Assembly (NCBI RefSeq): GCF_004010195.1
Contig: NC_057719.1
Span: forward strand, 46,918,470 to 46,982,469
DNA length: 64,000 nt
Origin: Chiloscyllium plagiosum
Taxonomy: Eukaryota
Direction of reading: 5' to 3'
The notes under the pieces are model-generated. The model ran no database searches. It was given only the letters and a program-made list of their open reading frames with translations, and was not told where the DNA came from. Both the position numbers and the translations under genes were made by a program. Within the stretch, counting starts at the first letter, position 1. Each line of letters begins with the position of its first letter. Positions 12,075 through 22,759 of the stretch are shown in pieces.

Positions 12075-12744
12075 GGTGTCTCTGTGGAGCAAAACAAGCA
12101 ACAACAAAAAAAACCGAATGAGAATTACGAGTAATCTTCAATCAACGCCCCAGAGAGAGAACGCACGACACAGAGAAAGAGAGTGAGAGAAGAGGTATAA
12201 TTACTTGGTCTCAACTCGGTTACAGTTAAATAGCCCATAATCAGGCAGATAGCACCATCCTGTTACTCTTTTGTGTTTTCACTATCTTAGTAATTATCTT
12301 AGACTGGTTTCTTTGGAGGCAACACGTTCAAAATGTTGCACTGGGCATTTCACCAAACGCCTCATGATTTTTGAGAAATGGAGAGAAAAAGGCACATAAT
12401 TCGTGCGAAGAGTTTTTTTTTTAATTTAAAATGTGTTCACATTTCTAGATTGACTGCTTTTGATTGCTATGGGTCTGTCGATGCAACATTTCCTTAATTG
12501 TTTTCGTGATAAGCAAGGTACAAGTGCACCCCCTCAACCGAAACGAATTCTCACCCAACAAGAGAGCTGTAATAGTGTAGGGAAGGACCGCAAGTACATG
12601 TTTAAGAGAGGAATCAAATAAATGGATAAAAACACATAGATATCGCTACAGTATGAAACCGGGAAGTATGAATCCTTATTTATTAGAATAGTATAAAATA
12701 GGTCTACTCACTGACAGAAAACAAGGCAGATGAAAACAGTCCAT
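12061..12744 (-). CDS. Putative spliced overlapping uORF, join(12744..12712,12081..12061), 17 aa [17 protein letters not shown]
   Basis: The only ATG in the 5'UTR exon, in context agaatcATGg (A-3, G+4). Reads across the splice junction and ends at TAA 12063-12061, overlapping the main ATG out of frame. Confidence 0.6.
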
Positions 12745-12832
12745 GATTCTTGACAGCCGATCTTGGACAAGTTCTTGAAAAGCTCAGGGACTCTGGAGCT
12801 TGGCTGCTCGGCTACGTATTATCGAATCCCTC
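12712..12832 (-). other. BMP4: BMP4 non-coding 5'UTR exon (orthologue of mammalian exon 2)
   Basis: Donor ctgtca|gtgagt at 12711 and probable acceptor ttccag|gag at 12833. The spliced product ...ggctgtcaagaatcatggactgtt...tgccttgttttctgtca|agacaccATG matches the human BMP4 5'UTR as I recall it. The 5' boundary is less certain than the donor. Confidence 0.85.
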
Positions 12833-12859
12833 CTGGAACAGTATTTGAATATAATGAGC

Positions 12860-13440
12860 AGGCTCTCCGTTTCCTCTCGGCGACGTCAGACAGCCCCTCC
12901 CCAGCTGCCAATCAAGCCACAATCCCCGCCTCCCCGGCTGGCGCTCCGCCCCACACCGCCGGCCCCGCCCCCTAAAGTGAGCACACCGCCGGCCACGCCC
13001 ACTACTGTCCGCGCCCCGCCGGTCACGCCCCAAACGGCGAGGCCGTCGTCAGCCCCGCCCTCTGTATTTATGCGCACCACGCCCCATCTGTCAATCAACT
13101 GCCAGCCCCACCCCCCCCGCAGCTCGACACGGCGGCGACGTCCCCCTCAGGGGCCGCCCTACCGCCCCGCCCCCATCAAAACCCTCCCAGCCGACCCTGA
13201 CCCCTTCAGGCTGCACCCCGCCGGCGCAACCGCATCTGCTAATCAACATCAAGCCCCACCCCCTAAATGTTTAGCCACCTACGTCCCGCCTGTCCCTGTG
13301 TTGGCCAAGGGCGGGCACTGCGATACACAGTGCTGTCAATCAACACACCCACCCCGCCCAAGACACCGCCCACCCATCTCCCCGCCTACTGTCCAATCCA
13401 AATCACCAGCCGCGCCCCAACCACCAATCAAAGGCATGAC
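12860..13440 (-). promoter_or_regulatory. GC/CpG-rich promoter-like region immediately upstream of the 5'UTR exon
   Basis: Many Sp/KLF boxes (ccccgccc, ccacgccc, ctccgccc), CRE-like cgacgtca at 12881-12888, CCAAT boxes (~13393, ~13424) and TGATTGACAG at 13088 and 13333. Confidence 0.7.
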
Positions 13441-13581
13441 CTGCCCACTACTGAAGCCAAGCGGCTCACCCGCTCTCTATGGGGAGCCCCGATTGCTGGC
13501 CATGCACCGTAACCTGACTGGCCTTCACAGACACGAACCCTCATGGCCCTGCCTCCTCCAAAGTCAGGGTTATCCCCCAAC

Positions 13582-14578
13582 CTCAATGTCAGTCACTTTA
13601 TAGACTGGCTCCTTCACTGTCCATCACCCCGCAGACCCGCTCCTTCACTGTCCATCACCCCGCAGACCCGCTCCTTCACTGTCCATCACCCCCGCAGACC
13701 CGCTGTCAATCATCCCATAGTTAAAAATCACACAACACCAGGTCAGAGTCCAACAGGTTTATTTGGGAGCACGAGCTTTCGGAGCGCTGCTCTTTCATCA
13801 GGTAGCTGTGGGAGTGGATCATACAACACAGAATTTATAACTAGGGCCATCCCCCGACCTCAATGTCAGTCAGTATATACACCCGCTTCTTCACTGTCAA
13901 TCACCTTATAGACCCGCTCCTTCTCTGTCACTCACCCTATAGACCCGCTCCATCACTGTCAATCATCCTATAGACCCGCTCCAACACTGTCAATAACCCT
14001 AATGACCCGCTCCTTCTCTGTCACGCACCCTATAGACCCGCTCCTTCTCTGTCAATCACCCTATAGACCCGCTCCATCACTGTCAATCATCCTACAGACC
14101 CGCTCCTCCACTGTCAATCACCTTATAGACCCGCTCCTTCTCTGTCACTCACCCTATAGACCCGCTCCATCACTGTCAATCACCCTACAGACCCGCTCCT
14201 TTTCTGTCGTTCACCCTACAGACCCGCTCCTCGCTGTCAATCATCCTCCAGACCTGCTACTCCACTGTCAATCACCATAGAGGTCTGCTCCTTCACTGTC
14301 AATCACCATAGAGATCTGCTCCTTCACTGTCAATCAACCCATAGACCCACATCTTCACAGTCAATCACCCTATAGGCCCGCTCCATCACTGTCAATAACT
14401 CTATAGACCCACTTCTCCACTGTCAATCAACTTACATACTCTCACTGTCAATCATCCTAGAGGCCCGCGCTAACACTGTCAATGATCCTATAGACCCACT
14501 CTTCCACTGTCAATCATCCTGACCTCTTCCTTCGATGTCAATCACCCTATAGATCTCCTTATTCAGTGGCAATCACCA
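13582..14578. repeat. 31-bp minisatellite, left block (consensus ~gacccgctccttcactgtcaatcaccctata)
   Basis: gacccgctcc recurs at 13911, 13942, 13973 and onward (period 31). Interrupted by a PLE-type terminus at ~13720-13840. Confidence 0.95.
13720..13840 (-). mobile_element. Short PLE-associated terminal repeat containing a minimal hammerhead motif (13770-13804)
   Basis: Minus strand reads tac-CTGATGA-aa-GAGC-agc-GCTC-c-GAAAGCTC-gtg, inserted within the minisatellite. Confidence 0.7.
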
Positions 14579-15675
14579 AATTGATGGTATAGTGGAAGGT
14601 TAGCTAAGACTACAAAGAGATATCGATCAATTGGGTCAATTGCTGATGAGTGGCAGATGGGAGCTAATTTCGGAAAAATGCAAGGTATTGGTAAAACAAA
14701 TCAGGATGAGACTTATACAATTAATGGGAAGGCCCTGGGGAGTGTGGTAAAACAGAAAGGCCTAGGGGTTCGGGGACATAATTCTTTGAAATGTGTGTCA
14801 CAGGTAGACAGGATAGTGAAGAAGATGTTTAGTATGCTTGCAATCATTACACAGACCTTTGAGTCTAGGAGTTGGGATGTCATGTTGAGGTTATATAGGC
14901 CATCGATGAGACCTCTTCTGGAGTACTCTGTACAGTTCTGGTCATCCTGCTATAGGAAGGATATTATTAGGTTTGTGTGCGTTCAGAAAGGATTTACTAG
15001 GATGGAGGTTTTGAATTATAAAAACAGGGTGGATAGGTTGGGACATTTTTCACTGGAGCATAGGTTGAGGGTACCTTGTATAGGTATATAAAATGATGAG
15101 GGCATAGATAAGATGAATAGCAAGGGTCTTTTCACTTAAGGTGGGGGAGTTCAAACCTAGGGAGTATGTTTTTAAAGTGAGAGGGGAAAGTTTTTTTCAT
15201 AAGTGTTTTAGGGTCAACTTTTTACAGAGTGGTTCAGGTGTGGAATGAACTACCAGACGAAGTAGTGGATGCAGGTGCAACATTTAAAGACATTTGTATA
15301 AGTACATGAATAGGAAAGGTTTGAAGGGATATAGGCTAAATGCAGACAAGTTTAGTTTGGGAACATGGTCAGTGTGGACGATAGGGGAGTCCAAAACTAG
15401 AGGGCATAGATTTAAGCTGAGAGTGGAAAGTTATAAAAGGGACCTAAGGGCCAACGTTTTTCATGCAGAGGGTGGTGTGTGTATGGTATGAGCTGCCAGA
15501 GGAAGTGGTGGTGGCTGGTACATTTATAACATTTAAAATGTATCTGGACGGGATACATGAATAGGACAGGTCAAATGCTGGCAAATAGAACTAGATTAAT
15601 TTAGGATAGCTGGTTGGTATGGCTGAGTTGGACTGAAGGGTCTGTTTCCATGCTGTATGTTTCTATGATTCTATG
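14579..15675 (+). mobile_element. 5'-truncated CR1 3' fragment(s) inserted into the minisatellite
   Basis: ORF 14657-15091 (KGLGVRGHNSLK...LYRPSMRPLLEYSVQFWSS) is the CR1 ORF2 C-terminus. The 3' region is duplicated (second copy from ~15381) and ends in a ctatgatt-type tail. Confidence 0.9.
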
Positions 15676-15689
15676 AATCCATGACCTGT

Positions 15690-16210
15690 TAGACCCGCTA
15701 CTTCACTGTCAGTCATTCTATAGGTCTACTCTTTCGGTGTCAATCACCATATAGCCTGGTTCATTCCTGATGAAGGGCTTTTGCCCAAAATGTTTATTTT
15801 TCTGATCATGGGATGCTGCCAGACTTGCTGTGCTTTTCCAGCACCACTCTAATCTTGAACCTGTTCCTTCAGTGTCAATCACCCTATAAACCTGCTCTTT
15901 CAATGTCAATCACCCTACAGACCTCCTCCTTCATTGTCAAACAATCTACAGAGCCACACTTTCACTGTCAATCACCCCACAGACCCACTCCTTCACTGTC
16001 AATCACCCTATAGGCCCGCTCCTTCTGTGTCAGTTACCCCATAGGCCTCCTCTTCAGTGTCAGTCACTCTATAGGCCCACTCCTTCACTCTCAAAACTCT
16101 ATACGCTCACCGTTGCATGCCAATTACCCTAAAGGCCCACCGTTGCACTGTCAATCACCATACTGGCCACACCTCCATCACAGTCGTCACCCAGCTCCTT
16201 CTTCATCGTC
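15690..16210. repeat. 31-bp minisatellite, right block (more degenerate)
   Basis: The same unit (cactgtcaatcaccctataggcccgctccttc) resumes after the CR1 insertion. Confidence 0.9.
15760..15858 (+). mobile_element. Short PLE 3' terminus with degenerate hammerhead (GAAA mutated to AAAA)
   Basis: ttcctgatgaagggcttttgcccaaaatg...gatgctgcc...ttccagcaccactctaatct; same family as 41785-41900. Confidence 0.8.
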
Positions 16211-16229
16211 AGTCACCTCGGGCCACGCC

Positions 16230-16510
16230 TGACTGCCAATCATCCGGAGCCCCGACAGAGCTCACGGCCCACCTGTCAATCACCGGACAAGACAACACCC
16301 TCCCAACCCGCCCCCAGAACAAGCGACGTCCCAGTGCATGGGCGCCAATCAGAGCGCTAGGCTAGGAGGCTGATCACCTGTCAATCATTGCGGGGTTCGG
16401 AACCTCAGGCTGCAGTCGCCGCTGCTGAAACACCATGAGCATTGCGGCCAATGTGAAGAGAGCCTGGAGACACATGGCCCTGCGGTGCTGCAGCCGGGCG
16501 TGCGATTTTC
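16230..16510. promoter_or_regulatory. CpG-rich unique segment with TGATTGACAG (16273, 16378), CCAAT and GGCGCC motifs
   Basis: Motifs read directly from the sequence. Regulatory function is inferred. Confidence 0.4.
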
Positions 16511-17724
16511 ACATTTCGCCAGAATGAACTCACGGGAATGCTATAATAAAAACAGAAAATGCTGGAAACACTCACCTGAAAGTAGCATCGTTACAGAAAC
16601 ACTGCCCATTACATAGGGCAACATTCAGTGAAAGTTTATGTGCATTTTCACTCGCTATAACCAAAGGCTAATCGATGCTACAGAATTTATATCAATACGG
16701 TTGCATTTTTATCAATTGTAACACCCATGAAATGGGCAACACCGTTTTTTAATGACTGTGTTTCACAAACTGCACCGAAATATTTTGTTTATTTCATGTA
16801 GTGCCTCTCGCTGACAAGTTCGTGTACAAATTCTGTCGACTACCTCCCATATGGAAACGGTTGTAAGTTATTTAATGACATATTTAAAGTAGGAACTCTG
16901 GTATCATAGGGACAAGATCCCATAATAATGCATAGCATTAAATCGCACATTTTCACAGGTTCACAGCAAAACACAGAAGCTCTTAAGTAAGTATTAAACG
17001 ACCCCATCACCCATTTTCACTAAAAGCGTTATCAAAGTGCTCCTAAAATGCATTCACCATGCAATGCAAATTACACAAACATTTCACAAATAGATCACGC
17101 AACGTCGGGTATTTTTATCTTCCAGTTGGACTATGAAAATGATTCATTGGTTTACCAAGGTTTACAGTAAAAAACAGGCATCTGACCTCACAGAAAAATA
17201 CAATCGATCCGAAATGCATGCATTATATACTCGTTAGCCTTCAATCACTCGATAGACTGATCTAATCAAAATCTAAGCAACGCTTTTAATATGTCGCCGC
17301 ATTAAAACACGTAAGTTGGGAGTGTTTAAATCAAGATTTTAATACAAGTTGTCTATCTCCAAAACTATTAATTCAATATTAGCATCTGCAGGATCACTTA
17401 ACTCGGTTCTGGCAATGAACTTTCAAGAAATGAAACCAGCTAAATATTTATATACAGGAAAATCAGTCAATTAATGCTCAAATCACCGCCAGTTTCAATA
17501 AATACATCCTGAGGAAATGTTCGTTATAAAGTGAGTTCTGAAACTCCAAGCTGACATTGTGGCCCTCGCGTTTTGTTAAGTGGAGCACGTGTGATTACAC
17601 TAATAAGAAGCCAATGTGTAGGTAAAATAATTATTGCCAATTTATATCGACTAATTCTCCCGTTTTCACGATACAACCATCTCAGTTTTGCCACATGTAT
17701 CAACAATAGTTAAAGATGACTCAC

Positions 17725-18500
17725 CCTGCAAGTCGCGTACTCATATACTCCACAATAATTGCATCTGCTCGACTATCTGTAGGTAGAGAATTTTTGAACC
17801 AATCAAAATTCAATTTATCTGAAACGGACTGGATTAAGGCGCCAGGGATAGACGCGCTCGAACAAACCCTCATATTCGATCCATTTTAAGAAACCAAACT
17901 GGAACTATCAGTTAATCCCACTAATAAAGTGGCCGCCCAGTTTCTGCAATTTGTTGGAAAGTACGTACGTCATTGTGGTATTTTAGCGGAGTTCATAAAG
18001 CCTCACTTATGCGATCTCTATAATATTCCACTTCCTTCCTGCAGAAGTGGGTAATAGCTGTATATCCAAGGCGATACAGCGTGTGAATACCGTATACTGT
18101 ACACATAACAAGTAGCACATTCCTCTATCACAAGTTTTCTTTAAACTAGCCCCACGGCGTTTATATTAACTTTGCTGTGAACAGCATATTAACTCGTCGC
18201 TTAGGAAGGATTGCATTTTATTCAGAAACCCGCATATCTGTGATCGAGTTCTTCCGGAGCGACAGAAATTCCTGTGAGCAAGAGAAAACAGATTTGAAGA
18301 TAAAGAAAACGCAGAAATTGCAATTACAAAGTCAGTTCGTTGTGTTGGGTGGGGTATACAACCACAGTATGACGAAGATATGTAAAAGTCGGTTTTGGTC
18401 GGTACCAGCAAGTAGCGAATAACTACACGTGGAAAAAAGGCTTGAGATCAGACGAAAGTCAACGCTTTTAAGTGCCCTGAATAATAGCACGCGGTAAAGG
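17725..18500 (-). promoter_or_regulatory. Candidate BMP4 first exon / distal promoter
   Basis: Strong minus-strand donor cagg|gtgagt (GT at 17724-17723) at the edge of a CpG-dense, repeat-free stretch. The 5'UTR exon has an acceptor that needs an upstream partner. No transcript evidence is available. Confidence 0.35.
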
Positions 18501-21500
18501 TTACAGTGGAAGGATTGCACCTACTAATATGCAGAATATACACATTAGTTTAGTTTAAATTGTGATTAAAAATAACTAGAAAGCAGAAACAAATAGGTGT
18601 CAATTTTCCACCAACATCTTCACTCTTAAATCTTGGTCACGTTCAGTCATTCATAAGGGAGACGGTGTTGAGTCAGTCCTCCCCACCAAAAAAAGAGAAA
18701 TGAGTGTAAGGGTTGGAGGGGAAACCAAGACTAGAAGATAAAGTAGCATTTTGAGGAGCACAATAGTTGTGCTACACCTTATTGCTTAGTAAATGGACTG
18801 CACATTTGTCGGGTCACAATCTAAAGCAGTGGTGGCTAATGTTCTGTAAACTATTTTATGTCATTATTCAAACGCTGGGAATAAATGCAATTTTTGACAC
18901 AACGTCCAAAATAACGATACCTTTACACTGCAGCCTGGAGAGGGTTCATTAGAGAGCAGCTGGTTGGAAACCAGAACCTAGACCTCCAAGAGAGTAATAT
19001 TTTCTCAAATTATTTGGACACTTAGAAATGAGTTTGTTTGGATTGGAGAAAAATGAAATTAATAGCATCTTCTTAAAAATGGCCAGAGGAGTATGTACCA
19101 GGAAGCTAATTCGAATTAGGTTGCTAGTAGCAAATTTGAAACAGCAGAATTTGCATGTAAAACTGAAGATTAGAAGTAGATTAGGAAAGCAAATTCAATG
19201 CTATAACAATTGTTGCTATGTTGACACTTATTTCAGCAAAATAGTGTAAGTATGGGGTTAGTGGTTGAATTAACACAAGCATTTATCAATAGCTATGATA
19301 AAATATTTTCTTCAGATACTGAAATGATGGAATTGAAATCAACTAATCAATGATAAACAATCTCAGTATGGAGTTGGATTTGCCTTATGCTTTGTATGTG
19401 AGAACAGTGACAGCATTTACCGAATCTTTCATTAAGAAGTAAGTTCTGTATTATCCAAGTGAGTTGAATATACAATATCATTTTATTCAGTGTAACAACT
19501 TATACTTAGATGGTGGCTTTAAAATAGTTGGGCAGGACAATCAATGCTGAGTGAGAAGGCTGTCAGGTAAGGTAACAAAGGGCATGTCGACCAGCTAGGC
19601 TTCTAACTCTGAGGAGAAAGTTAAATATTGGAGGGATTTAGTAAGAGAATTTCAGGAGGGTAGAGCCATGAGGGTGAATTAACAGGACAATGGATACACA
19701 GAGTTCCAGACTCAGAAGAACAAAAGGATGTTGCAGAAGTAGCACAGAGAAAGACCGTGGATAGATTCTATAAATTATTTATGCCTTGTATTCTCATGGT
19801 ACAAGCCATTCCTCAGCTATGAGAGTGGGGAAGTAAACTCCTCCTAGTGCTGTCCCACTATTATACTGTCTGAAAGTCCTTCCTCATGAGGCCATCTAGA
19901 TGCCTCAACACAAGAACAAACTAATTAGGGCAAGAGTTGGATAAGTAGCTCCTTAAACCTGCTCACTCTTCAGTAATATCCTGGGGGACTTTTTACCTCA
20001 ACTCAACTTTTCCATTTCTGATCTTACATTTTCCTCTTAAATAAATTCAGGCCTTTCCATACAAAGAATAATGGATTATATATTGTATGTATATTTTTCA
20101 TTTGTACATGTCACAGTCCTTGTCCTACCATTCCAGTAATTCATCAGATTTGTAAACAGTGACATAGAAAAGCTGTATTTGCTGCCTTGGTAAATATAAT
20201 CATGTCACTGAATACAGCTTCCTCTCCAAACTGATTTTCAACTATAATTCACAATCGAAACTGCAGAGCAGTGCAGTGGTACAGCAAGTTGGTGAGTCAA
20301 CATATTATACTACCTTTCACCCTTTACATCAACAATTCCTGCACAATGAAATTAAGTTTCTCGCCTTATTTTCAAGGTAAATTGCCAATTGTTGATATCA
20401 ATTATTCACTAGTAGTGCAAACTCTTAAGGCAACAAATGTTGAAAAACAGGGATTATCCAAATGAAAATGTAGGCTAGCCTATTAGCCAATACTATTAAA
20501 CACATAGTCTTTCCTTCCACCAAAATATTAACATTAGTAATTGTGAAAGTGCAGCACAAAGTTGACCTATCTCATCAATATGATCTTCAAATGTGCACTA
20601 AGTAACATTTCAAATATGCAGTTTCTAAACTTGACAAGAAGTGATTATAGAGACCCATCCAGTATGACGATGTCAGTGTTATAACTGAGACAGTTGCGAA
20701 GAAAGTCAAGAGAAGCATCAATGTTATCACTAATAGCAGGCTTTAAGAATAGATGAACATTTAAGTGAATTCAGGAGTGAGGTGAGATTGCTTTTCCCAG
20801 AGTAGTAAATGGCAAAGGAGAGGTAATAGATTTGGTTTTGAGACATTGTGAAGGAGCCAGAGAAATGTGCAATAGTCCTAGGTGAAATTTCACAACACAT
20901 TTAAACATGGGACATAATGAAATGTGAACCAAGAGAGTTTTTCTCAAGTGAAAGGAAAAACTCAACAGCAGCGTGCCAGATTTCAGTCAAGCCCAGAATG
21001 TTAGTTTACTCCTCCAGGATAAGGATATGAACAGGGAGTCTTGTTCACAAATGAGCAAATATTTTGCAGGCTGTTGTAAAGTGGAAGCATGTTTAGACAT
21101 TCAATTGACGAGTGGAGGATAAAGACAAAGGCAGAGTCACTGGGAAGTGAAATAGCTCATATTGTGAATAGGCTACACAAGGGAGGAAGCTTCAGATTAT
21201 TGCCAGAGGAATTAAATGAGTTCAGGAGGTGTTAGGAGAGAGGAGTGAGATAAATAAATAAAATGATGTGCAGCTTAAAATTTACATAACTATCAACCTC
21301 TCATCCAAGATTTGTGGTATGTTAAATAAGTCTGCTTTTCTCTCAATTTCAATTAATTAATATTAAGCAAAATTGCTTATGCAAGCACAAATATATTACA
21401 AGGTAAAAAGACATTTAATTTCAATTTCACTCACTTTAGAATTCTGTTTTAGTCTGACTTCCTAGATCATATATTTCAAAGGACAACATCTGAACATTTA

Positions 21501-21624
21501 CAGTTAAACCACCTAAATGAACTTGCACGAATATCAGCTTACGATCAGTGAAGGGGCAAAGATTAGCTGCAGGAAAAGTACTTATAATGAAAACTAGAGG
21601 CCATTGAAGACTAAATGTTAGGCT

Positions 21625-22020
21625 AGTTTAGCCAAATGGTAGTGCCCTTATCTGAAGGAGAAGTTCACAGGCTCAATTCCCAATGCATGAATTTAAACAA
21701 ATTAACTGAGCAGGCACTTCAGCATAATACTGAAGGAGGGCAGCATTGTCAGAGCTTTTCATCTTTCAGATATTTACCTTTTCAGATGAATACAAAAGTA
21801 ATGCACTATTTAAACTATAACCAAAGCGTTCACCAGATGTCCTGACCAACATTTATGCCTTAACCAACACCACCACAATAGATGAATTGCTCTTTTTTCA
21901 TTGTTGTTTTGTATAAATTGACTACTGTGTTTGCCGACATAACTATGAACACGATCAAAGCAATTCATTGGATGTGAAGTACTTTCAGACATCCTGTATA
22001 TGAGTGGTACTTTATGCATT
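21625..22020 (+). mobile_element. Old, degraded DeuSINE (SacSINE1-like)
   Basis: tRNA-like head, then cacttcagcataatactgaaggagggcagcattgtcaga...gtcctgaccaacatttatgccttaaccaacacc...ttcattggatgtgaagtacttt. This resembles the Deu-domain SINE consensus as I recall it. Confidence 0.55.
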
Positions 22021-22039
22021 TTTTTAGAAAATTAACCTA

Positions 22040-22150
22040 TTTTTCTATTCAACCTGTTGGGAGGTGTTTTTACACTTCTCTGGAGCAGGTGTGACCTGAA
22101 CCAGGGCTTCCTGGTCTAAGGATAGGGACACTATGACTGCGCCACAAGAG
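22040..22150 (-). mobile_element. Short tRNA-derived SINE (same family as the host element at 42755-43170)
   Basis: Reverse complement reads ctcttgtggcgcagtcatagtgtccct...ggttcaggtcacacctgctccagag...caggttga and matches 42755-42840. Confidence 0.65.
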
Positions 22151-22759
22151 GTTGATGCATGTTATGTGGCATCAGAAACATAATTTAGACTTCAGATACA
22201 AAATGTGAAAATTGCTACATGTAGATAAGATGGTAAGTGCAAATCAATATCAATGTGTGAAGTGATATATTTTGTTTTAAAATTAGCATTGACTATATCA
22301 AGTAGGCTCAGTGTTCTGAAAGAAATGAAGTATTTGGGGAGTAAGCTTACAATTTATTAAAGGTAATAAACAAGGTTAATAAGGAATTAAAACCTAAGAG
22401 AATTCTATATTTGATCATGTGGTATGAAATTAAAACACTATGTGGTAATGCAGAGTTATATAAAACATTCGCAAAATTCAGAGGATTGTGTGTAGCATTG
22501 CGCTGCACACTATATAAACAACCTTAAAGCTTTAGGGGATGAAACCCAGACTCCCTTAGGGTTATTTCTGGTTTGAATGAATACAACTGCATCATTTACA
22601 TTAGAGTATCATTGATTATAAGATGGTATTGAAGTGTTTAAAATTGTGAAAGAATTGAACCAGGTCTTGAGAATAGGCTCTTTTCATTTCCTATGGCTGT
22701 GGAGTTTGCCATGATTCTTGATGTGCAAATTCTTGATCTTTAAATCTTTACATTCAACT

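Noticed and set aside
12800..13603. 267-aa proline-rich plus-strand ORF antisense to the BMP4 promoter
   Set aside because: Non-ATG start, low-complexity Pro/Ala/Thr composition expected from C-rich GC-box DNA, and no recognisable domain.
13543..14280. ORFs across the minisatellite
   Set aside because: Repetitive translations produced by the tandem unit.
13582..16210. 31-bp repeats as a CRISPR array
   Set aside because: Head-to-tail degenerate tandem units with no unique spacers, no cas genes, and a vertebrate context.
16545..16580. Strong minus-strand donor ttcag|gtgagt at 16575 as BMP4 exon 1
   Set aside because: It lies in aaaaacagaaaatgctggaaacactca, which looks like a remnant of the PLE-type terminal repeat. 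It is probably coincidental, though not excluded.
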